DNA of 51,438 bases from assembly GCA_963646155.1 (NCBI GenBank), contig CAVIUT010000002.1, forward strand, positions 1 through 51,438. Direction: 5' to 3'. Under the pieces are notes generated by a model. That model searched no databases and was not told where the DNA came from. It saw only the letters and a list, made by a program, of their open reading frames with translations. This DNA comes from Eggerthellaceae bacterium. GTDB lineage: Bacteria > Spirochaetota > Spirochaetia > Sphaerochaetales > Sphaerochaetaceae. Positions within the stretch are counted from its first letter, which is position 1; each line of letters opens with the position of its first letter. Below, in pieces: positions 37,932 to 47,069 of this stretch. A program made the position numbers and the translations under genes.

Positions 37932-39892
37932 CTGTCTTTTCCTCCTATAATTTTGTCGACATCTGCGGCAAGGGTCGGAATCGTGAGGGATGATTTTTCT
38001 CCCAGAACCTGCCAGAGCGCGGTTGTGTATGCGCCGGTGACAAGCATCTTCGTTGTATTTTCTATGGATGAATAAAGAGAGGCATCCTTCTTATCCGGTG
38101 TAAACGATACATCTATCGAGAATTTTTCGCTGATCTTTGCGCCCAGCGAGGAGAGCGTCTCGATTGCAATCGATTTGATTTTTCTCACAACACCACGCGT
38201 CGACGGGAGAGCAAGGGACATGTCTAGCCAGAGCTTCTGTGCTATCGGATTGAGGGAAACCTTGGGTATTGTGATTTCACATACGGCAGCGCCGTAGCCC
38301 GAATACTCGTAGTCGCAGGGGAGCGAGAGATTCTGGGCATTGAAATTGAGGTCCACAGGCCCGTTGTTTCCGTCAATGAGGGAGGAGAGCTTATTTGCAG
38401 CCTTCATAAGCTGTGTTAAAAAGGCTGTGTTATAGGATGAAAGAATATCGGGACCGGTATCGGGACTTCTTCTGCCGTTCTCGAGGAAGAGGACGGTATC
38501 CTGAGTGTTATCCCCTTTGTTGAAATACTGTGAAATCAGATCCTTGAGGGTTTTATCCTGGCTGATGGAAAGTGGAACAGACCCGTTGATTGTGATGTAC
38601 TTTTTTGCAGTGTAGGAAATCTGTGAAAGGAATGAGTGCTCCTTTGCATATGTCGTCGAGAGGCCGGATATCGCAAGACCTGAGGATAGCCCTATGCCGT
38701 ATAGATAGCCCTGGAGACCAAGTATTCCCGAGTGTAGAGATGCCGCGCTCCACTTTCTTTCGTAGTCGGACCTCTTTGCAAGGTTCTTAACCTTTTCGCT
38801 TAATGCAGATAGGTCGTGTTTCGGCGTCCATTGTGTAAATCTGGTGGAATCCATGTTGACAAGAAGAGGATAACATAAAGGATTACTCTCTGCGTGTTGA
38901 GACAGATGTGTGTTATGGAGTGCAACTGCTGCCACGCTGAATGAATATATGCTGGACCCGGAGAAGAGAGAGGGCATGGTTGGAAATGCTGCCGAACTTA
39001 TATTTACGCTGTATGAGTCGAGATTGTACTTCGGAACTATCGCCGCCATAATCTGGCGCTGTATTTCCTCTCCGTTTATTGCATAGGCTCCCTGGTTGAC
39101 GATGACATCAACTTCTTCGTGGCGGGGCTTATTCTCTTCGTCAAGCCAGCTTGTGAATGAGAATTCCAGTCCTGTAAGACGGCTTGTTCTCTCATCCCTC
39201 ATCTCGCATGGAAGCTTTGTCTTCATCGTCGCAACTGCCGTGAAAGCAGCATAAAGAGCGGGGGTAAGGAGCATTTCGTCATAGCGTGCCAGGTACTCTT
39301 CATTATGTACGAAAATAGAATCACTGTTTAAAAGCGTTGCTCCTGCAACTGTTTTTTTGACGAGTTCCAGCCACTGTGTCGGAGTCTGTATGTGGATTGT
39401 TCCATTTGTCTCGACCCAGCTTAATACATCATAGCGGACGTGGCTTTTGAGTGTGGAAGGCAGTACCCTCAGCGTAGACTCGATCTTTTTCATGGTCTGT
39501 TTCTGACGTGTTAATTCCTCTTCGTTTTCCTTTCCCCAGGAGAATACAAGGTGGGAAGGGAGAGCAGGCTCCTGGGCTTGATGATTCTCTTCAACGGCTG
39601 AGGTAATCGGCTTGATTTTCTCGAGTGCAAGTTCGGTGCTCTCGTAGTCGGGGCCGAAAAGCACCAGGAGGGGCTGCCCTATATAAGATATATAGCCGTC
39701 TGCGAGGAGAGGAATCTTCGTTCCCATGACCTCGATAGTGTTTTCGCCGGGAATGTCTTTCGCCGTGATGAGGAGAAATCTTGCATCCAATTCGGCCATA
39801 TCGAAACCGTCGAGACGGACGCAGGCCTTATCTGCCCTCAGGACCAGCCCGCAGCGCATATTGTATCTAGAGAAATTCTTGCGTTCTGCCAT
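37928..39892 (-). CDS. XDH-family large (molybdopterin-binding-like) subunit, divergent
   Basis: It has an N-terminal a/b-hammerhead-like region (LLITAKDIPGEN...YIGQPLLVLFGPDYESTELALEKIK). The rest is alignable but the GGGFGGK-type loop position reads EEYLARYDE. It is 654 aa, which is short. Confidence 0.6.
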   Translation of the reverse strand: MAERKNFSRYNMRCGLVLRADKACVRLDGFDMAELDARFLLITAKDIPGENTIEVMGTKIPLLADGYISYIGQPLLVLFGPDYESTELALEKIKPITSAVEENHQAQEPALPSHLVFSWGKENEEELTRQKQTMKKIESTLRVLPSTLKSHVRYDVLSWVETNGTIHIQTPTQWLELVKKTVAGATLLNSDSIFVHNEEYLARYDEMLLTPALYAAFTAVATMKTKLPCEMRDERTSRLTGLEFSFTSWLDEENKPRHEEVDVIVNQGAYAINGEEIQRQIMAAIVPKYNLDSYSVNISSAAFPTMPSLFSGSSIYSFSVAAVALHNTHLSQHAESNPLCYPLLVNMDSTRFTQWTPKHDLSALSEKVKNLAKRSDYERKWSAASLHSGILGLQGYLYGIGLSSGLAISGLSTTYAKEHSFLSQISYTAKKYITINGSVPLSISQDKTLKDLISQYFNKGDNTQDTVLFLENGRRSPDTGPDILSSYNTAFLTQLMKAANKLSSLIDGNNGPVDLNFNAQNLSLPCDYEYSGYGAAVCEITIPKVSLNPIAQKLWLDMSLALPSTRGVVRKIKSIAIETLSSLGAKISEKFSIDVSFTPDKKDASLYSSIENTTKMLVTGAYTTALWQVLGEKSSLTIPTLAADVDKIIGGKDR

Positions 39893-39991
39893 GCTATGAG
39901 GATATCACTTCTTTAGAACCATGTGCAATAAAACACTTCTTTTCTTTCTCCGCCTTTCTTGTTTTCCTCTTTTTTATGTTATACTTTTCCC

Positions 39992-42094
39992 ATGAACGCA
40001 AAAGAAGAGATACAGAGCCTGACCGAGAAGTTGATTTCCTATCAGGACACATATTACAAAGAGGGCGTTTCACTTGTCTCGGACAGTGAATACGACAGGC
40101 TTACAGATAGACTTATAGAACTCGAGAAGGAGTACCCTGAGTATGCCCTTCCCACGTCCCCGACGCGTCGTGTAGGCTCGGACCTCACATCAGATTTTCC
40201 CGAGGTCGAACATACAATCCCCGTCCTCTCTCTGGATAAGGCCTATTCGAAGGATGAAGTTCTTTCCTTCTTCTCCCGCTCGATAGAAAAGGAAGGCGGG
40301 GCGCTGAGTTTTGTCGCCGAGGAGAAAATTGACGGCATATCGATGGTGCTTTATTACGAGGGCGGAATCCTCACGCGTGCTGTCACACGCGGTAACGGCA
40401 GTGTCGGTAACGATGTCACCCCCAACATCGTCACAATCAAATCCGTCCCCCTTGAACTGAGGGAGAAGGTCGATATAGCAGTAAGGGGAGAAGTCTATCT
40501 GCCGAAGGCTGACTTCGAGAAGGTCAACGCATCCCTTCCGGAGGACGAGAAGGCGGCAAACGCACGTAACCTTGCAGCGGGAACCGTAAGGCGCCAGAAG
40601 AGCAGTGACTGTGCCCGTGTTCCGTTGGATATGTACTGTTACGAAGGCTTCTGGAGCGATAAAAGTCAGACTCCCGAGGACCACTTACATATACTTTCAA
40701 AACTTAAAGAGCTGGGTTTCAGAATTAATCCCGACTTTGCATATATTGCCGAGAGTGAAGAGGAAGCGAAGAAAGCCCTTGAGAGGGTTAATCTCGGAGG
40801 CTCGGCATACAGTTTCTCGTCGCTGTCTTCATACATAGAGAGAATGACTGAGAAGAGGCCTGCTCTCGACCATGAGATTGACGGCCTTGTCTTCAAGATT
40901 AACGAGCTCGATGTCAGGGAAAAGTTCGGCTACACAGTCCATCACCCGAGGTGGGCGGTTGCATATAAGTTTGAGTCCCCCCACAGCCGGTCGAAGCTCC
41001 TCTCCGTTACATGCCAGGTCGGACGCACAGGGCGTATAACCCCTGTTGCCGAAATAGAGCCTGTTGCACTCGGGGGCTCCACGATAAGGCGTGCAACCCT
41101 TCATAATCAGGAGTATATTGACGAATTGGAACTTGCTGTCGGCGATACTGTCTCCATAACAAAGCGAGGAGATGTCATTCCTGCAGTCGAAGAGGTAATC
41201 GAGAAGAACGAAGAGGGGAATACTACATATAAGCTTCCGTCCTTATGTCCATGCTGCTCGACTGCGTTAGAGAAGCGGGGCGCACATACATACTGCCCGA
41301 ACTTCAACTGCCCCGATCAGGCAAAGGGAAGACTCAGCTATTTTGCCTCCCGTGACCAGATGGATATAGATACCCTCGGCCCCAGGACAATCGATATCCT
41401 CTTTTCTCAGGGAATCTTGAAGAATACCGAAGATATATATTCAGCCGACTACACAAAGGCCGTGGGACTCCCGGGAATAGGAGAAAAGACGGTTACTTCG
41501 ATAATCGAAAGCGTTAAGAAGAGTAAGGAGCAGCCTTTTAAAACAGTTCTTGCATCCCTCGGTATTCCAGAGATAGCAAAGAAGAGTGCCGAGATTCTTA
41601 TCAATGGAGGTTTTGACAATATCGATAAGATAATCGCAGCAGCCTCGACAGATGATATCAGCGCCTTTACGGCAATTAAGGGTATGGGCGAAGAGACAGC
41701 CTCGAACATCATAAAGACATTCAGAAACGAGAACTTCATGAGGATGGTCAATGCCTTGAGAGAAAGCGGCCTCCATTTCTCTCTCGATATGGATAAAAAG
41801 GAAGAGGAGAAGGAGAAGATTTTCTCCGGCGAAGTCTGGTGCGTGACGGGCTCTTTTGCCTCATTCAACCCGAGGAGCAAGGCACTGGAAGAGATAGAAA
41901 AGAGGGGCGGGCGGACAGTATCGGGTGTGACTGGAAAGACAACGCATCTCTTAGCCGGGACCGGCGGCGGAAGCAAGAGGGCTGATGCTGAAAGACTCGG
42001 CGTGAAGATAGTGGACGAAAAAGAGTTCCTTTCGCTCATCGGACGAGAAGAGGAAAGTGAGATAAATGAAAATAAACAGGGATTTCTTTTCTGA
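39992..42094 (+). CDS. ligA: NAD-dependent DNA ligase
   Basis: It has the adenylation motif EEKIDG, a Zn finger CPCC...C..C, HhH repeats and a C-terminal BRCT domain. The start is set at MNAKEEIQSLTEKL. Confidence 0.96.
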   Translation: MNAKEEIQSLTEKLISYQDTYYKEGVSLVSDSEYDRLTDRLIELEKEYPEYALPTSPTRRVGSDLTSDFPEVEHTIPVLSLDKAYSKDEVLSFFSRSIEKEGGALSFVAEEKIDGISMVLYYEGGILTRAVTRGNGSVGNDVTPNIVTIKSVPLELREKVDIAVRGEVYLPKADFEKVNASLPEDEKAANARNLAAGTVRRQKSSDCARVPLDMYCYEGFWSDKSQTPEDHLHILSKLKELGFRINPDFAYIAESEEEAKKALERVNLGGSAYSFSSLSSYIERMTEKRPALDHEIDGLVFKINELDVREKFGYTVHHPRWAVAYKFESPHSRSKLLSVTCQVGRTGRITPVAEIEPVALGGSTIRRATLHNQEYIDELELAVGDTVSITKRGDVIPAVEEVIEKNEEGNTTYKLPSLCPCCSTALEKRGAHTYCPNFNCPDQAKGRLSYFASRDQMDIDTLGPRTIDILFSQGILKNTEDIYSADYTKAVGLPGIGEKTVTSIIESVKKSKEQPFKTVLASLGIPEIAKKSAEILINGGFDNIDKIIAAASTDDISAFTAIKGMGEETASNIIKTFRNENFMRMVNALRESGLHFSLDMDKKEEEKEKIFSGEVWCVTGSFASFNPRSKALEEIEKRGGRTVSGVTGKTTHLLAGTGGGSKRADAERLGVKIVDEKEFLSLIGREEESEINENKQGFLF

Positions 42095-42158
42095 AAAGTA
42101 AAGACAAGGGAAAACCAATTCACTATCCTTAGTTCAAATTATTTCCTGGAGGACAGAA

Positions 42159-43457
42159 ATGAATGAGATTGCAAAAGAATTGAATGAAGCACTTAATGGC
42201 ACTGCAGCCTTTGATCTGCTTTCAGAGCGCGGAAAGGGAATTTACTTCCCGAAGGGAATCGTTGCACAGTCAGCAGAAGCTGCGGACAAAGCTAAACGCT
42301 ACAACGCAACGGTGGGACTCGCGACTACAAACGGTGAGCCGTTCTGCCTCGAGGATATCTATAATACGTTTGTTCCGGGCTCATTGAAGAAGAAGGAGAT
42401 TTTCTCCTATGCCCCCGGTGGCGGCGACAAGGAATTAAGGGCTCTCTGGAAGGAGAGAATGCTCGAGAAGAATCCCACTTTAAAGGGAAAGAGAATAAGT
42501 ACTCCGATTGTCACGGGAGGCCTTACCCATTCGATATCACTCCTGGGCTTTATGTTCATCAACCCCGGCGACGAAGTTGTGACGCCCGACCTTTTCTGGG
42601 ATAACTACGAACTCATATTCGAAAACTACGCCGGCGGAGTCCTCAAGAAGTTCCAGACATTCGAAAACGGACGCTTCAATGTGGAAGGCATGAAGAAAGC
42701 TCTTCTAGAAACTAAGGGAAATACAGCACGCCTTATTCTCAACTTCCCGAATAACCCTACAGGCTATTCACCGTCGAAAGAAGAGGCAAGGGCCATAGTC
42801 GAGGCTGTCAAAGAGGTTGCAGAGAGCGGAAAGAAGATACTTGTCATATCTGACGACGCTTACTACGGTCTTTTCTACGAGAACGAGACGGAGAAGGAGT
42901 CTCTCTTCTCATTCCTATGTGACGCACATGAAAACATCCTTGCAGTCAAAGGGGACGCAGCAACGAAGGAAGAGATGGTATGGGGCTTCAGAATAGGATT
43001 CTTGACATACGGCGGGAAGGCACTCTCACAGGCGGGAATCGACGCACTCGAGAAGAAGACGCTCGGCGCTGTAAGATGCACAGTTTCCAACTGCGACAGG
43101 CCGGGCCAGTCACTTCTTTTGCACGCAATGAAGGACGGCAGTCACTACGACGAGAATAAAAAATATCTTTTCGACACAATGAGCGAAAGATACGTTACAA
43201 TGAAAGAAGCAGTAGAGAGACACAGTTCTAGCCGGGCCCTCAAAGCATATCCGTTCAACTCGGGTTACTTCATGGCTTTCGATACCAATGGAGTGGATGC
43301 CGAGAAAATCAGGCTTCACCTTTTGGAGAAGTATGAGATAGGGGCCATCAATATTATGGGAAGGACTCTCCGTCTTGCTTACTGCTCTGTTGAGAAGGAT
43401 AAGATCAGTAATCTTGTCGACATGGTCTATAAAGGAGCCGAGGAGCTGTGGAATTAG
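42159..43457 (+). CDS. Class I/II PLP-dependent aminotransferase
   Basis: It has the NFPNNPTG motif and an SDDAYYG region. It is 432 aa. Confidence 0.85.
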   Translation: MNEIAKELNEALNGTAAFDLLSERGKGIYFPKGIVAQSAEAADKAKRYNATVGLATTNGEPFCLEDIYNTFVPGSLKKKEIFSYAPGGGDKELRALWKERMLEKNPTLKGKRISTPIVTGGLTHSISLLGFMFINPGDEVVTPDLFWDNYELIFENYAGGVLKKFQTFENGRFNVEGMKKALLETKGNTARLILNFPNNPTGYSPSKEEARAIVEAVKEVAESGKKILVISDDAYYGLFYENETEKESLFSFLCDAHENILAVKGDAATKEEMVWGFRIGFLTYGGKALSQAGIDALEKKTLGAVRCTVSNCDRPGQSLLLHAMKDGSHYDENKKYLFDTMSERYVTMKEAVERHSSSRALKAYPFNSGYFMAFDTNGVDAEKIRLHLLEKYEIGAINIMGRTLRLAYCSVEKDKISNLVDMVYKGAEELWN

Positions 43458-43822
43458 ATACAAAGCTGTATTTGAGAGGTGATGACGGAGAAAAGTTCAT
43501 GGGCATAGGAGTCCTGTGGCTCCTTGAAAACATTGCCGAAGAGCAGTCTCTCAGAAAGGCAAGCGGGAAGATGAATCTTTCCTACTCCAAGGCCTACAAC
43601 ATGCTTTCGAATCTTGAAAAGGAGGTCGGAAGACCCTTTGTCGAGAGAAAGAGGGGCGGGGCCAGAAGAGAAGGCCTTGTTCTTACTCCGTTTGCTCATT
43701 CATATATGGCTCTGTACAAGGAATTCCAGGAAAAGGCCAAAAAGGCTGCCTGGGGGGAATTTGAAATATACAAGGAAAAGCTAGCACTATTGTTAGGGGA
43801 GGTAAATGATGACAGAACATGA
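43448..43822 (+). CDS. ModE-N-terminal-like winged-helix regulator (short LysR/ModE-type HTH protein)
   Basis: GIGVLWLLENIAEEQSLRKASGKMNLSYSKAYNMLSNLEKEVGRPFVERKRGG...LTPFA matches the ModE N-domain pattern. It has a GTG start and overlaps both neighbours. Confidence 0.6.
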   Translation: MELDTKLYLRGDDGEKFMGIGVLWLLENIAEEQSLRKASGKMNLSYSKAYNMLSNLEKEVGRPFVERKRGGARREGLVLTPFAHSYMALYKEFQEKAKKAAWGEFEIYKEKLALLLGEVNDDRT

Positions 43823-45119
43823 TTTCAGAATTGAGACAATAGGAACGGCAAAAATCCCGTCTCCTATCCAGATGTCGGTACATCCGGGAGATGGAATGGC
43901 TGACTATGTCGAGGACACGGACAAGATTTTTTTAGATATCGACCACAGTCCGGATAAGGGAGAGGGAGAAGTTGACCTACTCGAGCTTGCAGGCCCGAGA
44001 AAGACAATCTACTTCAACCCCAAGCGCGTTCATGCCGCTATATGTACATGCGGAGGTATATGCCCCGGCCTAAATAACGTCATAAGAAGTGTCGTACGAT
44101 GTTTCTGGTACCGCTACGGTGTCAGAAGAATCAGCGGTATTCCTTTCGGCTACCTCGGGCTTCTTGCAGATTCCCCATGGCCGATGATTGATCTCAACCC
44201 CGATGTAGTTGATGAAATACAGGAAAAGGGCGGTACGATTCTCGGCTCTGCACGCGGAGGCGGAAAGGAAGTCGAGCAGATTGTAGATACCTTAGAGCGC
44301 GAGAACATAAACATCCTCATAACAATCGGCGGGGATGGTACTCTCAAGGGAGCCGCAGCAATTGCCGAGGAGATAGGTAAGCGTGACTTGAAGATTGCCG
44401 TTGTAGGAGTCCCGAAGACAATCGATAACGACCTTTCGTTTATCGACACATCATTCGGTTTCGACACAGCAGTCGCAAGTGCAGTTCCTGCTGTAAGAGG
44501 CGCACACGTAGAAGCAAAGAGTGCATATAACGGAATAGGACTTGTAAAGGTCATGGGACGTGAGAGCGGCTTCATCGCGGCACACACATCGCTGGCACAG
44601 AGTGACGTCAACTTCTGTCTCATTCCCGAGAACCCGTTCGACCTTGACGGCCCGAACGGACTTCTGGCACACCTCAAGAAGAGAATGATTGACCGCGGCC
44701 ACGCAGTCATCCTTGTTGCAGAGGGCGCAGGAACAGACCTTATTCCTCCGACCGGCGAGAGAGACGCAGGCGGAAATCTGCTCTATCAGGATATAGGAAC
44801 ATTCCTCAAGGAGAAGATCAAGCAATACTTTAAAGCCGAGGGTATGCCGGTATCTGTAAAGTACATCGATCCGTCATATATCATAAGAAGTACACCTGCA
44901 AACAGCTATGACTCGATATACTGTGCGCGTCTTGGTGCACACGCCGTCCATGCGGCAATGGCAGGAAAGACGAAGTGTATAGCTTCTTCTGTAAACAACC
45001 GCTTCGTTTATATCCCGATTAAGGCTGCAGTTGCAAAGCGCAACCACGTCAATACAGAGGGTGCTCTCTGGAGAGACGTACTTGAGAATACAAGACAGCC
45101 CAGCAGCATGAAGAACTAA
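43806..45119 (+). CDS. pfk: 6-phosphofructokinase (long/plant-like clade; phosphoryl donor unresolved)
   Basis: It has GGICPGLNNVIR, TIGGDGT and PKTIDND motifs. The GGDG plus PKT combination does not let me call ATP versus PPi. Confidence 0.88.
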   Translation: MMTEHDFRIETIGTAKIPSPIQMSVHPGDGMADYVEDTDKIFLDIDHSPDKGEGEVDLLELAGPRKTIYFNPKRVHAAICTCGGICPGLNNVIRSVVRCFWYRYGVRRISGIPFGYLGLLADSPWPMIDLNPDVVDEIQEKGGTILGSARGGGKEVEQIVDTLERENINILITIGGDGTLKGAAAIAEEIGKRDLKIAVVGVPKTIDNDLSFIDTSFGFDTAVASAVPAVRGAHVEAKSAYNGIGLVKVMGRESGFIAAHTSLAQSDVNFCLIPENPFDLDGPNGLLAHLKKRMIDRGHAVILVAEGAGTDLIPPTGERDAGGNLLYQDIGTFLKEKIKQYFKAEGMPVSVKYIDPSYIIRSTPANSYDSIYCARLGAHAVHAAMAGKTKCIASSVNNRFVYIPIKAAVAKRNHVNTEGALWRDVLENTRQPSSMKN

Positions 45120-45133
45120 CCTATAGGGGTGAA

Positions 45134-46204
45134 ATGATGAAAAACGAGAGCCAGAGTCTCAGTCTTGATCTCATTGACAAATACTGCCTTAAGAACAACC
45201 CGCTTTTCAATGTTGTTCCCATTAAGGCTACATACCACTTCAAGGACCTCGACTCGAATGAGTTGAAGGACCTTGAGGAGTTTGCGAATATCGAGAACGG
45301 GACAATCGAGCGCTGGCTTCTTGTTCCCGACTGTATGTCGCTGGGGGTACTGGGCTTCACAATCCAGCGTGCGTTCGGCCTCACCCCATTTGCATTCACC
45401 CCGTCATTTCTTCTTCCCCCGGAGGAGCAGAAGGTCCTTTTCCCGACACTTGAGGATGCCCTCCAGGCATCAGGCTCCATCTTCGATAATCCCTTCGACT
45501 ACGATTATTTCGAGGAACTGCAGATGCTGGCATCGGTCGACAAGGACTTTGTTCCGTCCGTTACATCAAGCATGCTCTCTCTTCCGTCCATCAGTTATGA
45601 GACGGCGAGGAAGAAAGTCAGGGAAGAAGTTAAGGATGTAAGAAAGAACGGCCTTGAAATCGACGGGAAAAAAGTTCCTTTTGCCGAGCTTGAAGGCTCT
45701 CCGTCCATTTTATACGAAAAGACGAAGGATAAGGACTTCGACTGGTGTGATGAACTCTGTAAGTTCATCGAGGTGAAGGATGTCCTCGTCCCCGAGGGCT
45801 CTAGTCGACCCCGCTTCAGTAAGCGTTTTACAGGGCAGCGACTCACAAGCCTCACCGGAAAGCGCAGGGGATACCCCTTTGCACATAAACTATATCTCTG
45901 CACATTCTTCGAAGATGAGGACTCCTTTGTATTCGAGGTCGAGAGGCCGAAGGACATATCGTCACTCTTCAACGACGGCTTTGTCTCCCTCGAGAGCTAC
46001 CTCGACTCCATTTCCTTTGTCACACGCGAGATGAGAGCCGACTGCATATGTAAGAAAGGATATGACCTTTTCTGTTTTGACGAGATGTCATATTACCAGT
46101 TCATCATGCTCCTCCATTCCCCGATGCGGGACACCATAATTAAAGAAGCCCAGGACAGTGGCTGGAGCGAACCCAACATGGAGCTCAAGAGGATATTCAG
46201 ATGA
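45134..46204 (+). CDS. Divergent pRiA4b ORF-3-like (IS-passenger family) protein
   Basis: MSLGVLGFTIQRAFGL..F resembles the family hallmark (L.DLH.VIQ.AFGW...HL..F). The later YLCTFFEDEDSFVFEVE sits where YDFGDDWEHEI normally is. The similarity is weak. Confidence 0.4.
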   Translation: MMKNESQSLSLDLIDKYCLKNNPLFNVVPIKATYHFKDLDSNELKDLEEFANIENGTIERWLLVPDCMSLGVLGFTIQRAFGLTPFAFTPSFLLPPEEQKVLFPTLEDALQASGSIFDNPFDYDYFEELQMLASVDKDFVPSVTSSMLSLPSISYETARKKVREEVKDVRKNGLEIDGKKVPFAELEGSPSILYEKTKDKDFDWCDELCKFIEVKDVLVPEGSSRPRFSKRFTGQRLTSLTGKRRGYPFAHKLYLCTFFEDEDSFVFEVERPKDISSLFNDGFVSLESYLDSISFVTREMRADCICKKGYDLFCFDEMSYYQFIMLLHSPMRDTIIKEAQDSGWSEPNMELKRIFR

Positions 46205-46249
46205 ATTACCACTTTCATGCGTTGACTTTATCGTCTTATGGAACCGGTA
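46202..46249 (-). repeat. Solo copy of the IS605-family right-end (RE) terminal sequence
   Basis: 39 of 48 positions are identical, ungapped and in the same orientation, to 51138-51185, the terminus of the tnpB element. It starts exactly at the stop codon of the 45134-46204 gene. Confidence 0.55.
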
Positions 46250-46583
46250 CGCTGTCTAGTAGATACCTATATACACCTGAGAGGGGTATTTAATCTTTTT
46301 TCAACCTGATTAACTTGATAATCTCCCTATAGAATGAATTTGTTAAGATAAGTACGATTTGATGCTGCATAATATATTGTCGTACTTGGTATTTCTATGT
46401 TGGATTAATCGTATTCGAAATAATCCGATGGCTTTGTGGAAGTGCAAATGAGAGATTGCATGGTGTTTTTACAATGAGAAGATAAAACTTCTGGAATATT
46501 TAGATATAGAATTATTTTTTTTCTATCTTTTTTCCTCTTTTTCTTGGTACACTCTTAGAAGGTTCAAAAAAAGAGAGGAAAAC

Positions 46584-47069
46584 ATGTCAGATTCATTTGA
46601 TTACAGTGTTGTTGACTCTGCTCTCGAGAAGTGCGGAGAAAAAGAGAGCTCGATAATCGCTGTATTGCAGTTAATCCAGGAACATTATCATTATCTACCA
46701 GCCGAGGTTTTTCCATACCTGGCTAAAAGGCTGAAGATGAGCGAAGCGAGAATATTCTCCGTTGCAACATTCTATGAGAACTTCTCCCTCGAGAAGAAGG
46801 GAAAGTATGTCATCAAGTTCTGTGACGGGACGGCATGTCATGTCAGGGGCTCCATTCCCATTCTTGAGCGCGTAAGAAGCGAACTCGGAGTGAGTGAGAA
46901 AAAGAAGACGACGGATGACCAGTTGTTTACGATTGAAACGGTATCGTGTTTGGGAGCGTGCGGACTCGCGCCTGTAATGACGCTCAACGATGAAGTACAT
47001 CCTGCGATGACGCCGGATAAAGCCATGGAGATTATCTATTCTCTTAAGGTCAAGGAGGGAAGTAAATGA
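46584..47069 (+). CDS. hydC: NuoE-like [2Fe-2S] subunit of bifurcating-type [FeFe]-hydrogenase (HydC/HndA)
   Basis: A thioredoxin-like ferredoxin with the C-x4-C...C-x3-C pattern (FCDGTACHV...CLGACGLAP). Confidence 0.9.
   Translation: MSDSFDYSVVDSALEKCGEKESSIIAVLQLIQEHYHYLPAEVFPYLAKRLKMSEARIFSVATFYENFSLEKKGKYVIKFCDGTACHVRGSIPILERVRSELGVSEKKKTTDDQLFTIETVSCLGACGLAPVMTLNDEVHPAMTPDKAMEIIYSLKVKEGSK

Noticed and set aside
41449-42123. 224-aa minus-strand ORF, and similar antisense ORFs within ligA, dnaE (35903-36505), pfk (44150-44710), gdhA (26209-26808) and azlC (8735-9217)
   Set aside because: All are nested antisense inside genes with clear family signatures. They are low-complexity Ser/Leu/Pro-rich translations with no RBS.
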